Both the position numbers and the translations under genes were made by a program. Source: a phage. Taken from it: DNA of 64,000 nucleotides. The notes beneath the pieces are model-generated. The model made no database searches, had not been told where the DNA came from, and was given only the letters and a program-made list of their open reading frames with translations. The stretch lies in the sequence record NC_135729.1. One strand, given 5' to 3'. This document shows, piece by piece, positions 37,315 to 46,491 of this stretch (position 1 is the first letter of the stretch; the number at the start of each line of letters is the position of its first letter).

Positions 37315-38103
37315 ATGGGTCGAGCTAAAGAAACAAAACGCATGCGTGATGAAGCTAGAGAGGCTCGCAAATCTGATCGCCTGCGTAAGGCTGCTGAGAA
37401 ATTTGCTGACGAAAGAGAGCACACCGCTCCAGCTCTCCGACCAATGAATAAGAAGCAGCAAAAGTATCTTGATTATCTAGGGTCACGTAAGATTATTATT
37501 GTAAACGGTGTGTTTGGATCCGGTAAGACATTCATGGCATCTGCATATGCAGGTGATCTTCTGCGTAAGAACGAGATTGATAAGATTATTGTTGCACGTC
37601 CTTACGTTCAGACAGGAAAGACTTCAGGATTTAAACCTGGAAATGCAATGCAGAAACTGTGGCCCTATCTTCGAAGCATGATGGACACGATTTGTCGTCG
37701 TGTTGGCAAAGGTGCTTTTGCCGCAATGCTGGGAGACGGTCAGAACAGCCGTATCGAGATTTGTGAAGTTGAAAGCATTCGTGGTCGTAGTTTCGATGAG
37801 CGATGCTTTGTCCTGATTGACGAGGCACAGCAAACTAACCCTGAAGAAATGTTGTCAATTATCACAAGGATCTCTGATCAAGCCACCCTTGTAATTATGG
37901 GTGATAATAGCCAACGTGACATCCCTGGTAAATCTGGCCTTGCATGGGTGACGGATTTCTTTACTCGTCATCCAGATCCTGAGGTTGGAATGATCAGCTT
38001 TGATAGTCCAGACGATGTCGTTCGTTCTGGGTTGGGTCGTCAGATCGCACTCAATCTTATTGAGGATCGTGCAAATCATATTTGGACCCCTGTTTCCGAG
38101 TAA
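37315..38103 (+). CDS. phoH: PhoH-like ATPase
   Basis: Walker A GVFGSGKT, Walker B-like VLIDEAQ; 262 aa. Confidence 0.75.
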   Translation: MGRAKETKRMRDEAREARKSDRLRKAAEKFADEREHTAPALRPMNKKQQKYLDYLGSRKIIIVNGVFGSGKTFMASAYAGDLLRKNEIDKIIVARPYVQTGKTSGFKPGNAMQKLWPYLRSMMDTICRRVGKGAFAAMLGDGQNSRIEICEVESIRGRSFDERCFVLIDEAQQTNPEEMLSIITRISDQATLVIMGDNSQRDIPGKSGLAWVTDFFTRHPDPEVGMISFDSPDDVVRSGLGRQIALNLIEDRANHIWTPVSE

Positions 38104-38147
38104 TACAGAAGGGTGGTTATTCCACCCTTAAATATCTAAAACAGTTG

Positions 38148-38176
38148 TTGACAAATAGGTAAGCTTTAGATATTAT
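38148..38176 (+). promoter_or_regulatory. sigma70-like promoter
   Basis: GTTGTTGACAAA - 17 nt - TATTAT. Confidence 0.6.
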
Positions 38177-38204
38177 TATCGGACAAAACAGAGAGAAGGA
38201 CAGT

Positions 38205-38516
38205 ATGGCTACAATACAAGAGAAACTGAATAAAATATACTGCCTGTTTGTCTATAACGGCGAGACAATTTTGGCAAATAAGGGATCCAAGAATGTGTGG
38301 ACCAAGGACAGCGGTGGTAATATAATTAACTTAGCGTTGCTACGTGAGCGCCGACACAGATTCTTTATCGAGTCTCGAATTATTGAAAGCAGCACTTGCT
38401 ACAGAACAGGCGATAAAGTAATTGTTGACAATGATACGTGGTATGTGGTAGACTGGCAATCATTGAGCTGTGATGCTTCTGACAATCGTAAGTATTCCAT
38501 AGTGATTGCTAAATAA
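38205..38516 (+). CDS. hypothetical protein
   Basis: 103-aa ORF with GAGAGAAGGA Shine-Dalgarno. Confidence 0.4.
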   Translation: MATIQEKLNKIYCLFVYNGETILANKGSKNVWTKDSGGNIINLALLRERRHRFFIESRIIESSTCYRTGDKVIVDNDTWYVVDWQSLSCDASDNRKYSIVIAK

Positions 38517-38576
38517 AGGTAAATGTGAATCAGGTTTAAATAAATAGCTTTCAACTTCCAATATTAAGGATTTCTC

Positions 38577-39626
38577 ATGAATTTAACACCTCGCAGCACC
38601 ATGGTACACGGCATGAAAGAAAAACAGAACGGTTTCGAACCTATGAGTAATAAAATGTTTGGTATGCCGGGTGGTATTATGGAAACATACAGCTACCCAA
38701 CACCTGTTGTTGACCACGTTCTTTATATCGACGATTTGGAAGACTTACAAGATCATATGTCTCGTCTGCAGACGATCCGTATGGCTCAGCCGGAAGAAAG
38801 CATTCGGGTGATCATCAATAGCCCTGGGGGTTGCGTGCACATTGCAATGGCCTATCTGCAGGCATTCCGCGAGTCTCAGGCAAGCGTTGTTGCACATGCT
38901 GAAGGGATGTGCTGCTCTGCTGGAACAATCTTATGGCTTGGTTGTAAAGAACGTACTGTGGCTCCGGACACAGAGTTTATGTTCCACTACTATCAAGGTG
39001 GCACTTATGGTAACGGTGTGAACATGAATACTCAGGTCAGCTACTGGAAAAAACGTTTTGAACGCCTGATCGAAAAATACTACGGTGGGGTGCTAACAGA
39101 AGATGAGATCGCATCCATCACAGCTGGTGGCGAAGTGTGGTTGGACGGAGAAGAGCTGGCAGCACGCACTGGAGCTATTATTCTGGATGAAGGCAACATA
39201 CAACGCATCCAGAACGGACAAAAACCGAAAAAGCTTCTGGCAAAAGGTGATGAAGAAGGCGTGTTAGGTGAAGCAGGTCTTCCGGAGATTCACCAGTGCA
39301 CATCTTTAGATGAGTTAGTTCATGCTGTTGAATCTGCAAAAGCGGGTGGTTCGAAAGGTGATGTTCACACTGTGCTCCTGAATCTGCAGATGGAGAGTGG
39401 CGAGACCGTCAGAATTGCCCTGGGTGAGATTACTTCAGAAGATCTGCAGAGATTCTCTGTCGTTGAACTTCAGGATATTCTGTCTCAATTGAAGACTACT
39501 CTGAACGGCGGTGAAGAGGTTAAGGTGAAAGATAAGACGCGCAAGCGTCTGGTGGACAATATTATTAAAACAGCAAAAGAGCTCAATGAAAAAATCCTGG
39601 GTGCAGGAATTGTCGAAGAAGCTTAA
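38577..39626 (+). CDS. ClpP-like serine protease with C-terminal extension
   Basis: IINSPGG hallmark, Ser-containing GMCCSAGT, His-containing FMFHYYQG; 349 aa. Confidence 0.5.
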   Translation: MNLTPRSTMVHGMKEKQNGFEPMSNKMFGMPGGIMETYSYPTPVVDHVLYIDDLEDLQDHMSRLQTIRMAQPEESIRVIINSPGGCVHIAMAYLQAFRESQASVVAHAEGMCCSAGTILWLGCKERTVAPDTEFMFHYYQGGTYGNGVNMNTQVSYWKKRFERLIEKYYGGVLTEDEIASITAGGEVWLDGEELAARTGAIILDEGNIQRIQNGQKPKKLLAKGDEEGVLGEAGLPEIHQCTSLDELVHAVESAKAGGSKGDVHTVLLNLQMESGETVRIALGEITSEDLQRFSVVELQDILSQLKTTLNGGEEVKVKDKTRKRLVDNIIKTAKELNEKILGAGIVEEA

Positions 39627-39637
39627 ACATTAATTCT

Positions 39638-39662
39638 AAAGCCCTCTTCGGAGGGCTTTTAC
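39638..39662 (+). terminator. rho-independent terminator
   Basis: AAAGCCCTC-ttcg-GAGGGCTTT followed by T. Confidence 0.6.
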
Positions 39663-39677
39663 GATCTGGAGATTTGC

Positions 39678-40211
39678 ATGACTTGTGCTAGAAAACCTGA
39701 TGAACAACGTAACGCCTACGATGAGTATGTGACACCGGAGTGGTGTGCAGAAGGGCTGTATGACCTTATTCCGTTCCCAGAAGACTGGACCTACTTAGAG
39801 CCTTGCAGGAATAGTGCCTCAGGTGTGTTCTACTCCCGTATGCCGTTAGGATCTGCATGGGGAGAAATACAAGAAGGTGTTGACTATCTGAATACAGAAT
39901 ACAACCATGTTGACTGTATTATCACCAACCCACCATACAGCCTGGCTCGTGAGTTTGTAGACAAGGCGTTGAAAGATGCTGACGTAGTTATTATGCTTTT
40001 GCGTCTTAATTTTCTGGAAAGCAAAGCCAGATTTGAATGGTGGCTTGATAATGCACCTACTACTGTGATCACAATATCTAAGCGTCCATCATTTCAATCA
40101 AACGGCAGAACTGACGGGCAAGCATATGCATATTTTGTGTGGGATAAGAAAAACCGTTTAGACTTGCCGCCGTTTATGTGGTTGGCACCCCCAGAGGTAG
40201 ACCTGAAATGA
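39678..40211 (+). CDS. small N6-adenine DNA methyltransferase (phage Dam-like)
   Basis: ITNPPY motif IV; 177 aa. Confidence 0.55.
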   Translation: MTCARKPDEQRNAYDEYVTPEWCAEGLYDLIPFPEDWTYLEPCRNSASGVFYSRMPLGSAWGEIQEGVDYLNTEYNHVDCIITNPPYSLAREFVDKALKDADVVIMLLRLNFLESKARFEWWLDNAPTTVITISKRPSFQSNGRTDGQAYAYFVWDKKNRLDLPPFMWLAPPEVDLK

Positions 40212-40492
40212 AAATGAGTGCTAAGGACAAATTACACCAGCTGGCGCTAAAACGCCCTGTAACGCTCCCTGACGAGCTTAACTCCATTTATGATGCGATT
40301 GTAGGGGAGATACAAAATAAAGCGTTAGCAGGCTTTCTGGGGTGCGGATTTTCGATAAATCTACCCTCGCATTTCTCAGATTACTTCCCGCACATTGTTG
40401 GAGATTTAAGGGCAGGAGGTCTGCAGGTAGATGTTGTTGGCATCTCCCCAGAGAAAAATAATACGGTTGCCTACTTGACAGTAACCTGGTAG
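40208..40492 (+). CDS. hypothetical protein
   Basis: ATGA overlap with upstream gene; start at internal ATG of track ORF. Confidence 0.4.
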   Translation: MKMSAKDKLHQLALKRPVTLPDELNSIYDAIVGEIQNKALAGFLGCGFSINLPSHFSDYFPHIVGDLRAGGLQVDVVGISPEKNNTVAYLTVTW

Positions 40493-40528
40493 TTGTGTAT
40501 TGTTGTTTTCAACAAGAGGGGGTCATTT

Positions 40529-40768
40529 ATGTACAAGTCATTTTCAATCTACTCAAGACAGGCGAAACACTACACAGAGATCCTGATCACTCAGAAAAAA
40601 TCTGTAGAAGGTGAGTGGGAATATCACCATAAAATGTTGCGTCCAGACTGGGTTTTTGATAGACTTATTGCTATGATCCCTCTCGGAGAAGTATACCCTC
40701 TGACAGCCCATCGCGATGCTTGGGATTTAATTGATTACATAGATTCATTTAAGGAGCCTAGATTATGA
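40529..40768 (+). CDS. hypothetical protein
   Basis: ATG after GAGGGGG. Confidence 0.4.
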   Translation: MYKSFSIYSRQAKHYTEILITQKKSVEGEWEYHHKMLRPDWVFDRLIAMIPLGEVYPLTAHRDAWDLIDYIDSFKEPRL

Positions 40769-41163
40769 AGATTGAGATTACTAAAGAAGGTAAGAAAGTG
40801 TCCGGCAACTATGCAACAGTAATTCGGGATTTAATGTTTGAAGCCACCAAGATCGGTACATCTAAAGTTGGTCAAACTGTTAGTGTGAAAAGTAATATCT
40901 CCACAGGAGAGAAGGTATTCATTGTGGTCAAAGGGCAGGATCCCGTGGAAGGAACAGTGGGCCGAGGTGGCTACCTGTGCATTTCTGAAGAGCCGCGTAT
41001 GTTAGTGGCTGACGCTACTATGGGTGGGAAACGTGTGTGCGAGGCGGATGAGGTAATGATTATCCAACCTGTTGATCCAGATGACCCAGCAACTTGGGTG
41101 GTAGGAAATGAAATCTTCTCTTTAGAAGAGTTATCCTTCCCAGCACCGCGCTCTGTTCAGTAA
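40765..41163 (+). CDS. hypothetical protein
   Basis: 132-aa ORF; ATGA overlap. Confidence 0.4.
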   Translation: MKIEITKEGKKVSGNYATVIRDLMFEATKIGTSKVGQTVSVKSNISTGEKVFIVVKGQDPVEGTVGRGGYLCISEEPRMLVADATMGGKRVCEADEVMIIQPVDPDDPATWVVGNEIFSLEELSFPAPRSVQ

Positions 41164-41200
41164 TAATTTATCTTACCAGGGACGGTAGGTAGGAGGTAGC

Positions 41201-41434
41201 ATGAAAGTTAAATTTCTTACAGATTTAGGGTACCCTTCCTTGGTTGACTGTGTTGGTAAAATTGTGGAAGCAAAACGGCTATCTGCAAACGAGAATGTTG
41301 TCCTGGTTAAAGGGAAGGATTTACTAGCTGCAGGTGCAGAGTCTGGCAGGATCTCTCCTGATTATATGTATTACCTATCTTTAAGTAATCTGCCAGAGCG
41401 AGGCGGTAAAGGCCTTGAAGTTGTGGAGGAGTGA
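41201..41434 (+). CDS. small acidic protein, MKVK paralogue family
   Basis: MKVKFL N-terminus, VKGKDLLAAGA, C-terminal LEVVEE; GGAGG Shine-Dalgarno. Confidence 0.45.
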   Translation: MKVKFLTDLGYPSLVDCVGKIVEAKRLSANENVVLVKGKDLLAAGAESGRISPDYMYYLSLSNLPERGGKGLEVVEE

Positions 41435-41964
41435 CAGGTATGCTTCTGATTAACTGGGAAGACCTCTATGGGGACAAAGACCCTGTTGCGTTTGTTGATC
41501 GTAGGTGGAGATACACTGAAGAACAACTGGCGGCAAAAAATTTAACTGCAAAACGCAGAAAGATCATCCAGTGCAAGTACAAATACGCACAGTTTGCTGC
41601 AAAAGTGTCTCCACAAATCGAGAGCTTTGTGCTTAAATTGTATGACGAGTACCTCAAATTCAAATTGGATTTTGTGCAGGTGTACCGTGCACAGGTACGA
41701 CCAGATACCAACATATGTAGATGGAAGGTTGTTTGTGAAGGTAAAGATTTGCCGCTCAGCTTGACAATTGAGTGGCGTTATGGGTATCATGAGTGTGGTC
41801 TGTATGATATTTGGGATGTCATTGTAGATCCTGCTAAGCATCTGAACACAGAGGAGCTGGAATATATCAATAAGGTTATTCTCGATATGTTTTTCAGCTA
41901 CACACATGAAAACTCTGAGAAAGAACGGGATAATTTTCTTGACACCCTCAGCGACCATTTGTAG
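41431..41964 (+). CDS. hypothetical protein
   Basis: 177-aa ORF. Confidence 0.4.
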   Translation: MTGMLLINWEDLYGDKDPVAFVDRRWRYTEEQLAAKNLTAKRRKIIQCKYKYAQFAAKVSPQIESFVLKLYDEYLKFKLDFVQVYRAQVRPDTNICRWKVVCEGKDLPLSLTIEWRYGYHECGLYDIWDVIVDPAKHLNTEELEYINKVILDMFFSYTHENSEKERDNFLDTLSDHL

Positions 41965-41994
41965 TATACAATTTAACCTACAAAGGGAGGACCA

Positions 41995-42222
41995 ATGAGT
42001 ATAAATGTTGTGCTAATAGGTTACCTGGTAATGTCCGTTATAACAGCGGTATTCTTGACAGGTGTATGCATCGTGTCCAGACGAAGGGTGAAGTTTGATG
42101 ATTTTATCACCATCATCACTGCTGCACCTTTTTGGCCTGTTGTTATCTTCATCGTAATAATGTGCCTAGTTGATTACTACAAGAATATCAGGAAGGAGAG
42201 TAGGGATGGAGACCGCACCTAA
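41995..42222 (+). CDS. small membrane protein with two predicted TM helices
   Basis: Two hydrophobic stretches, charged C-terminus; GGAGGA Shine-Dalgarno. Confidence 0.4.
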   Translation: MSINVVLIGYLVMSVITAVFLTGVCIVSRRRVKFDDFITIITAAPFWPVVIFIVIMCLVDYYKNIRKESRDGDRT

Positions 42223-42358
42223 AACTATCTATACTGTTCTTAAAGAGATTGCGTTCTACGCAGATCTTAGCCAGGCACCTTTATGGGAAAAGAGCATGTA
42301 TTTAAAATGGTGCGTTAATTTAGGGAGACCTTCCAGTGTTTCAAGCCATGTTTATTGA
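42206..42358 (+). CDS. hypothetical protein
   Basis: Internal ATG with AGGAAGGAG Shine-Dalgarno. Confidence 0.35.
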   Translation: METAPKTIYTVLKEIAFYADLSQAPLWEKSMYLKWCVNLGRPSSVSSHVY

Positions 42359-42441
42359 GATGCTATCTGGGATATTGTTACTGGTAGCCATCTTAGGTGG
42401 TGCAGTTCTGATGTATAACTATCTTGAAAAAGGAGACAGCA

Positions 42442-42627
42442 ATGGTAAAAAATAAATCTTTAGAGCAGGCTGAAAACCTTCTCCACGAGCTGGTAAAGGA
42501 GTGGAAAGTTGAATACTCAGATTTTAATGCACGAGAGGGTGAAGATTATTGGCCTACGGAGCGCTCAGAGGGCGAATGGTATCAAGATTTTATAGAGTGG
42601 TTATATCAGACGTGCGATGAGGGGTGA
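42442..42627 (+). CDS. hypothetical protein
   Basis: ATG with AAGGAGA Shine-Dalgarno. Confidence 0.4.
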   Translation: MVKNKSLEQAENLLHELVKEWKVEYSDFNAREGEDYWPTERSEGEWYQDFIEWLYQTCDEG

Positions 42628-42629
42628 CG

Positions 42630-43094
42630 ATGTTTGTTAAATATGTAAAAACGTGCCTCAACAGTCTTGGCAGAGAGCATTGGTACACCTTGCTTGAAAA
42701 AGGGGAAATTTTAACAAAATCTGGAAAGATAACTTTGATACCTCTTGATAGTAAAGGTAAAGACCCGTCACGACTTGTTATAGATGATTACGTTACAGGT
42801 GTGACGTTCGAGGTCTCTGTGGATAGGTTAATACGCAGAGCTGGCGGCCCTTATGACCGAAGAGAGTATGTTTTCGATTCCGTTACAGAGATGGGGGAGC
42901 CTCCGTCTTTAATGTTCAGGATGGTAATCAGAGATATGAGGTCATCTATAGATAGGATCGTAAAGGACATTAAGGAACCTTTTAGAGTAAAAGTTAAGAA
43001 GTTTTTCGATTCTAAGATTAACATACTCGCCGTTGCACTAGGTGTAGTTCAACTTCTGTTAATTTTGCACTATTTTGAACTACTATTTAAGTAG
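42630..43094 (+). CDS. hypothetical protein
   Basis: ATG after GAGGGG. Confidence 0.4.
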   Translation: MFVKYVKTCLNSLGREHWYTLLEKGEILTKSGKITLIPLDSKGKDPSRLVIDDYVTGVTFEVSVDRLIRRAGGPYDRREYVFDSVTEMGEPPSLMFRMVIRDMRSSIDRIVKDIKEPFRVKVKKFFDSKINILAVALGVVQLLLILHYFELLFK

Positions 43095-43156
43095 TAGTTG
43101 AGATATGGCACAAAGGATGTGCCATAGTGAAATAAACTAAGAAAGAGGTAGAGAGA

Positions 43157-43504
43157 ATGCCAAAGATTAAAACGTTATTACTGTGGGTAGCTGTTTTAGC
43201 TTTTATAGGGTACTGGACTTGGGAAACTGAATTAAAAGATATCGGATATACCAGTCTTGAGAGCAAGGCGTGCATTGGCATAACCGATGCGTTCAGGCAA
43301 AATGCTATGGATCACGAATGTGTTGATGCAGATATAGATGAGAAACTGTCTAAGGACAAAGATTTTTACCATGGGCATGCTTTACTTGATAGTGGTGACA
43401 CTGTAGAGTTCTGGTCGTGGTTTCGTGAAGATGGAACAATAAAAACAGCAGTAAAGATCTCTAACAAAGAGTTAATGCTGTTGCAGCAAAAGGAGGCTCA
43501 ATGA
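43157..43504 (+). CDS. hypothetical protein with N-terminal signal anchor
   Basis: Hydrophobic N-terminus; leader hairpin ATGGCACA..TGTGCCAT at 43105-43127. Confidence 0.4.
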   Translation: MPKIKTLLLWVAVLAFIGYWTWETELKDIGYTSLESKACIGITDAFRQNAMDHECVDADIDEKLSKDKDFYHGHALLDSGDTVEFWSWFREDGTIKTAVKISNKELMLLQQKEAQ

Positions 43505-43788
43505 TCTGGATATCCTATGCTGATGGCACCATGCTGTATACTGCAGGTACCAGATATGAAGTTCAGGAGAACGATAAAAAATTTATCGTAAAAACATTTG
43601 ACAAGGACGACAACCTTTTGCTAGAATTGACTTACAAAGTTGGAGAGGTATCCAATATCCAGTTGGATTGTGGTCATAAAGATAATCCACTCAAAAAACC
43701 TGGAGTAGGTAAGGCTTCAGAAGAACGTCTGTCTCGTATTGCAGAAAGCGTTTCTCCCCAAAAATCTAAGAAGAGGACTAGAAAATGA
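43501..43788 (+). CDS. hypothetical protein
   Basis: 95-aa ORF; ATGA overlap. Confidence 0.4.
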   Translation: MIWISYADGTMLYTAGTRYEVQENDKKFIVKTFDKDDNLLLELTYKVGEVSNIQLDCGHKDNPLKKPGVGKASEERLSRIAESVSPQKSKKRTRK

Positions 43789-43979
43789 AAAACTTACGTT
43801 TTAACACTTATTACTACAACACATTGAATGATTTGTATTATATTGTTCGAAGTAAAAGTCCTGAAACAGTCCTATTCTGCCGCGAACCTTTCAAAGGGGA
43901 GGAAGTAGAGTCTGAGATGAATGTTAGCCAGATCACCTCTTTGTTGCTCTCAGGCGCAATGGAAGAAGCAATATTCTAA
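43785..43979 (+). CDS. hypothetical protein
   Basis: 64-aa ORF; ATGA overlap. Confidence 0.35.
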   Translation: MKNLRFNTYYYNTLNDLYYIVRSKSPETVLFCREPFKGEEVESEMNVSQITSLLLSGAMEEAIF

Positions 43980-43997
43980 ACCAGGCAGGAGGGTTTT

Positions 43998-44186
43998 ATG
44001 AAGCACTATTGCCTGTCTGGTAGAATGGGTGCAGATTGTGATTGGGTTTTCTTAAAACTTGTCAGCATTCGAGAGTTCATCCCAGAGGAAGAGCAAGAAA
44101 GCGAGCTGATGTCATGGATCAACCATTACGGTAACACTTTTCGGCATGTTAAGGTAGAAGAGTTGCCAAGCGAGGCTGAATTATGA
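43998..44186 (+). CDS. hypothetical protein
   Basis: 62-aa ORF with AGGAGG Shine-Dalgarno. Confidence 0.4.
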   Translation: MKHYCLSGRMGADCDWVFLKLVSIREFIPEEEQESELMSWINHYGNTFRHVKVEELPSEAEL

Positions 44187-44479
44187 AACTTTTTGAGTGG
44201 TTTAAAAAGTTTAAATATAAAGCTGTAGCCATCGTGCCGTGGTCCATTCAGTGGGTTGATGAAGGTGGTCTACCGATACCTGGTGACAAAGATACTGGGT
44301 ACTGGATTATGATGGAGAACGGGTTTGGAAAGCGAAAGTATACGTGCACAAACTCTACTCGATCTGCACTTAATAGAGTGCCTGGTTACAAACTTATGGT
44401 TGTGTGGAAAATGTCAGGCGTGCCTCCAGCCAATGCTCAATTTCTTACTGACAATCCGACCACGGTAGAGGGAGATTGA
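44183..44479 (+). CDS. hypothetical protein
   Basis: 98-aa ORF; ATGA overlap. Confidence 0.4.
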   Translation: MKLFEWFKKFKYKAVAIVPWSIQWVDEGGLPIPGDKDTGYWIMMENGFGKRKYTCTNSTRSALNRVPGYKLMVVWKMSGVPPANAQFLTDNPTTVEGD

Positions 44480-44481
44480 TA

Positions 44482-44763
44482 ATGAAAAAGATTAACAGTA
44501 GTGAAGTAGAGTTTAAACTTGTCGGAAAAGGCACTTACTGGGAAGTTCGTCAAAAGGTATATTTGTTCGGTCTTATTCCCTACTGGTCTAAATTCTACTG
44601 GGGAGCTAACGAGTTGGGAAGATACGCCACCAAATCAATGGCACTTATTGGTATAGCAGAGTACATTGCAGCCCGAGACAGGGTTGGAACCACTTATTAC
44701 TACACTGCTGACGATATTCGTAACAGTGTTTACGTCCCACAACCACCTGATGGAGACCGTTGA
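44482..44763 (+). CDS. hypothetical protein
   Basis: ATG after GGAGA. Confidence 0.4.
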   Translation: MKKINSSEVEFKLVGKGTYWEVRQKVYLFGLIPYWSKFYWGANELGRYATKSMALIGIAEYIAARDRVGTTYYYTADDIRNSVYVPQPPDGDR

Positions 44764-44987
44764 TGAAAGTTAAAGTTTTAGATTCAAGCTTCTATATTGG
44801 TCAGGAGCCTTTAGTAGGAAAAGTGTTTACTGCTGTCCCTAACGAAGATTACCCTGACCTTTTAAAAATAAAAGGAGCAGATCTTATTGCCGCTGGTGCA
44901 TCTCAGGAATGCTTTGACAGTCAGTGGACCTATAACTTTGCCCTAGGTGAGGATGTAGAGGTAGTGGAGGACGATCATGAAGGTTAA
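44763..44987 (+). CDS. small acidic protein, MKVK paralogue family
   Basis: MKVKVLD, KIKGADLIAAGA, C-terminal VEVVEDD. Confidence 0.45.
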   Translation: MKVKVLDSSFYIGQEPLVGKVFTAVPNEDYPDLLKIKGADLIAAGASQECFDSQWTYNFALGEDVEVVEDDHEG

Positions 44988-45231
44988 AATTCTTGATTCT
45001 AACGTCTACTTGGGACAATCCTTCCTGAATGGAAAGGTCGTTCCTGCGGTATACTTTGAAGGGTTGCCGTGGGATGATCCTGTGCGGCAACATCACAGTT
45101 ATGTAGGCCACAACGTGGTGTTTATCTTGGGATCAGACCTGATCACCGCTGGTGCACCTGAATATTATTTCGGGGAAGAGTCCTACTATGCCTTTGGGGT
45201 AGGGTCAGATGCAGATATTGTAGAGCTGTGA
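44977..45231 (+). CDS. small acidic protein, MKVK paralogue family
   Basis: MKVKILD, ILGSDLITAGA, C-terminal DIVEL. Confidence 0.45.
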   Translation: MKVKILDSNVYLGQSFLNGKVVPAVYFEGLPWDDPVRQHHSYVGHNVVFILGSDLITAGAPEYYFGEESYYAFGVGSDADIVEL

Positions 45232-45243
45232 TGGGTAACCGTT

Positions 45244-45642
45244 GTGAAAAATAAACTGTTCAAAGTTACAATGAAAATTCGCGGAGCTTGGAGCGTAAAG
45301 CAAGGGCGTATCCCAGAATTTGAGAAAGACTTCTACGTAGTCTCCACCTCGGAGGAGGCTGCATGCTGGCAGGCTGGCTATGCCTATGCAAGAACCTGGT
45401 ACGAAGGATACCAGACTGGGGGCTATGACGGAGAAATTGTCAGCAAGGGTGTAGAAGAAATTAATGTGTTGACAAGTGAAAAAGTTTTTGTTATAGTGCA
45501 TCCAGATTCCAGAGTGAAGCATTACTGGAATGCCAGAACAAAAACTTGGACACCGTTTGCAGATTCTGCTACTCCACTTTTAAACCAGAAAGCTCTTGAC
45601 TCTGCCCCAAGTTATGGGGTTGTTGAAGAAAAGCTAAACTGA
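45244..45642 (+). CDS. hypothetical protein (paralogue of 47457-47852)
   Basis: HPDSRVKHYWNARTKTWTP segment echoed by HPHSNIAYYWDVLNNEWTP in 47457-47852. Confidence 0.45.
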   Translation: MKNKLFKVTMKIRGAWSVKQGRIPEFEKDFYVVSTSEEAACWQAGYAYARTWYEGYQTGGYDGEIVSKGVEEINVLTSEKVFVIVHPDSRVKHYWNARTKTWTPFADSATPLLNQKALDSAPSYGVVEEKLN

Positions 45643-45659
45643 AACAGTGAGGTGTCACC

Positions 45660-45950
45660 ATGATGGATTTAATTCTAAATATTGATAACGCAGGAGAGTT
45701 TAAAGACGATGGTGTAACAAGCATGGACAAACCCTGCTCTGCTAAGGTTGACTCAAAATGGACCTATAAGTTTGATGGAGAGATCTTCGCAAATGATGAG
45801 AAGGTTGTAGATGCTGCAGCCATTTTGAACGCTCTAGGTTACGACCCTGTGAATTCTTTGATCAAGGATCCTGTTGAGTTTGCGGAGTATGTTCGAAAAA
45901 TGGCAGATCTTGCTGTAGATATTTTAAAAACTATCGACAACAAGCTATAA
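45660..45950 (+). CDS. hypothetical acidic protein
   Basis: 96-aa ORF. Confidence 0.4.
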   Translation: MMDLILNIDNAGEFKDDGVTSMDKPCSAKVDSKWTYKFDGEIFANDEKVVDAAAILNALGYDPVNSLIKDPVEFAEYVRKMADLAVDILKTIDNKL

Positions 45951-45955
45951 AACTG

Positions 45956-45984
45956 TTGACACAATGCTTCAGCTATAGTATTAT
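45956..45984 (+). promoter_or_regulatory. sigma70-like promoter with 5' leader stem-loop
   Basis: TTGACA - 17 nt - TATTAT, then hairpin AAAGAGAGA..TCTCTCTT at 45991-46018. Confidence 0.55.
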
Positions 45985-46036
45985 TGTTTTCAAAGAGAGA
46001 TGGTTGTTACTCTCTCTTCCTTAAAAGGAGCACGTT

Positions 46037-46354
46037 ATGCAAATTGAAATCACTGGCAACGTAGAAATCACTGAAGGTATGGTGTCTTTCATTTCCCACA
46101 AAATGTCTAAGCTGGAGCGTTTGCACCCATCTGCCAACTATGCACGTGTGAGTGTAAAAGTTGAAAATGATCACCAGGAAGTCATGGCGTTCATTTTTGA
46201 CACTTCCGGAAAAGAAGTTATTGCCAAAGCTAAAGGTAGTGACGCTTACGAGGCAACTGACCGTATGGTAGATGTTGCAGCACGTCAGCTGGCTAAATGC
46301 GGTGGAAAGAAAGGTAAGGGGAAAGGCAAAGTAAAGATTGACTTTGGAGAATGA
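46037..46354 (+). CDS. hpf: ribosome hibernation promoting factor homologue (HPF/RaiA family)
   Basis: MQIEITGNVEITEGM...KLERL...VKVEN...AKGSDAYEATDRMVDVAARQL colinear with recalled E. coli HPF; Lys/Gly-rich tail. Confidence 0.6.
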   Translation: MQIEITGNVEITEGMVSFISHKMSKLERLHPSANYARVSVKVENDHQEVMAFIFDTSGKEVIAKAKGSDAYEATDRMVDVAARQLAKCGGKKGKGKGKVKIDFGE

Positions 46355-46491
46355 GGTGCTACAATGGGCGTGATTAAGAAATTAGTCCCAAATGTAGAGA
46401 TTGCATGCTTTGAAATTATGTTTGCAATCGCAGTTGTAGTTAATGTGTTAGGTTACGGCTATTAATATCAAATAATTGAGGAGACCTCTAA

